Source of the DNA: a virus
Virus record (IMG/VR): IMGVR_UViG_3300050120_000115
Span: 1 to 64,000 of that record
DNA length: 64,000 bases
Reading direction: 5' to 3' (one strand)
In this document: piece after piece, positions 63,902 through 64,000 of the stretch
Numbering within the stretch: position 1 is the stretch's first letter
How the letters are laid out: each line of letters opens with the position of its first letter
Translations under genes and position numbers: made by a program
The notes under the pieces: model-generated
Seen by the model: only the letters and a program-made list of their open reading frames with translations
The model's database searches: none
Told to the model about the DNA's origin: nothing

Positions 63902-64000
63902 AGTAGTACCACGGACCCAGCGAGTAACCTAAAAGTGTGAGGGTTGTCTCTGCCTGATGGAAAAGACCTGCCTCGAAACTTCCGTCCTCGTGATCCTTGA

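Noticed and set aside
1-64000. Prophage or bacterial chromosome (recA, ssb, whiB, tRNAs)
   Set aside because: These genes are embedded among phage genes in tightly coupled operons; no integrase, att site or host housekeeping synteny in the window

Overview
This 64-kb window is part of a large tailed phage genome with a contractile tail (myovirus). The host is very likely an actinobacterium, possibly Acidimicrobiia, judging from WhiB, the SSB type and leaderless TTGACA/TAnnnT promoters. Left to right: (1) ~1.5-6.2 kb, a minus-strand nucleotide/RNA-repair block (SLOG/YspA, RtcB interrupted by an HNH-type intein, DUF4406-dNMP kinase fusion). (2) 6.2-13.9 kb, a minus-strand array of 34 tRNA genes covering all 20 amino acids, three paralogous self-promoted HNH endonucleases and many structured spacers. 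(3) 14.3-56.1 kb, a plus-strand morphogenesis and lysis region (resolvase, TerL, portal, protease/scaffold, MCP, sheath, tube, frameshifted tail chaperone, tape measure, baseplate, collagen-like and Gly-rich fibres, GH26, GH16, GT4, three papain-fold proteins). (4) 56.1-64 kb, a minus-strand replication/anti-defence block (WhiB, Tad1, SSB, ERF, YqaJ, LexA-type HTH, RecA). The most striking signal is RNA-level. A circularly permuted tRNA-like gene (3' half first, YrlA/Y-RNA-like topology) lies at 12594-12691 and a 117-nt tRNA-like RNA with a ~30-nt insert in the anticodon position lies at 6206-6322, both in a genome that encodes its own RtcB ligase. There are also non-CCA 'CGN-AGUA' tRNA trailers, co-varying non-canonical T-loops and promoter-driven orphan structured RNAs. 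All calls are by eye from motifs and base-pairing; no searches were run.
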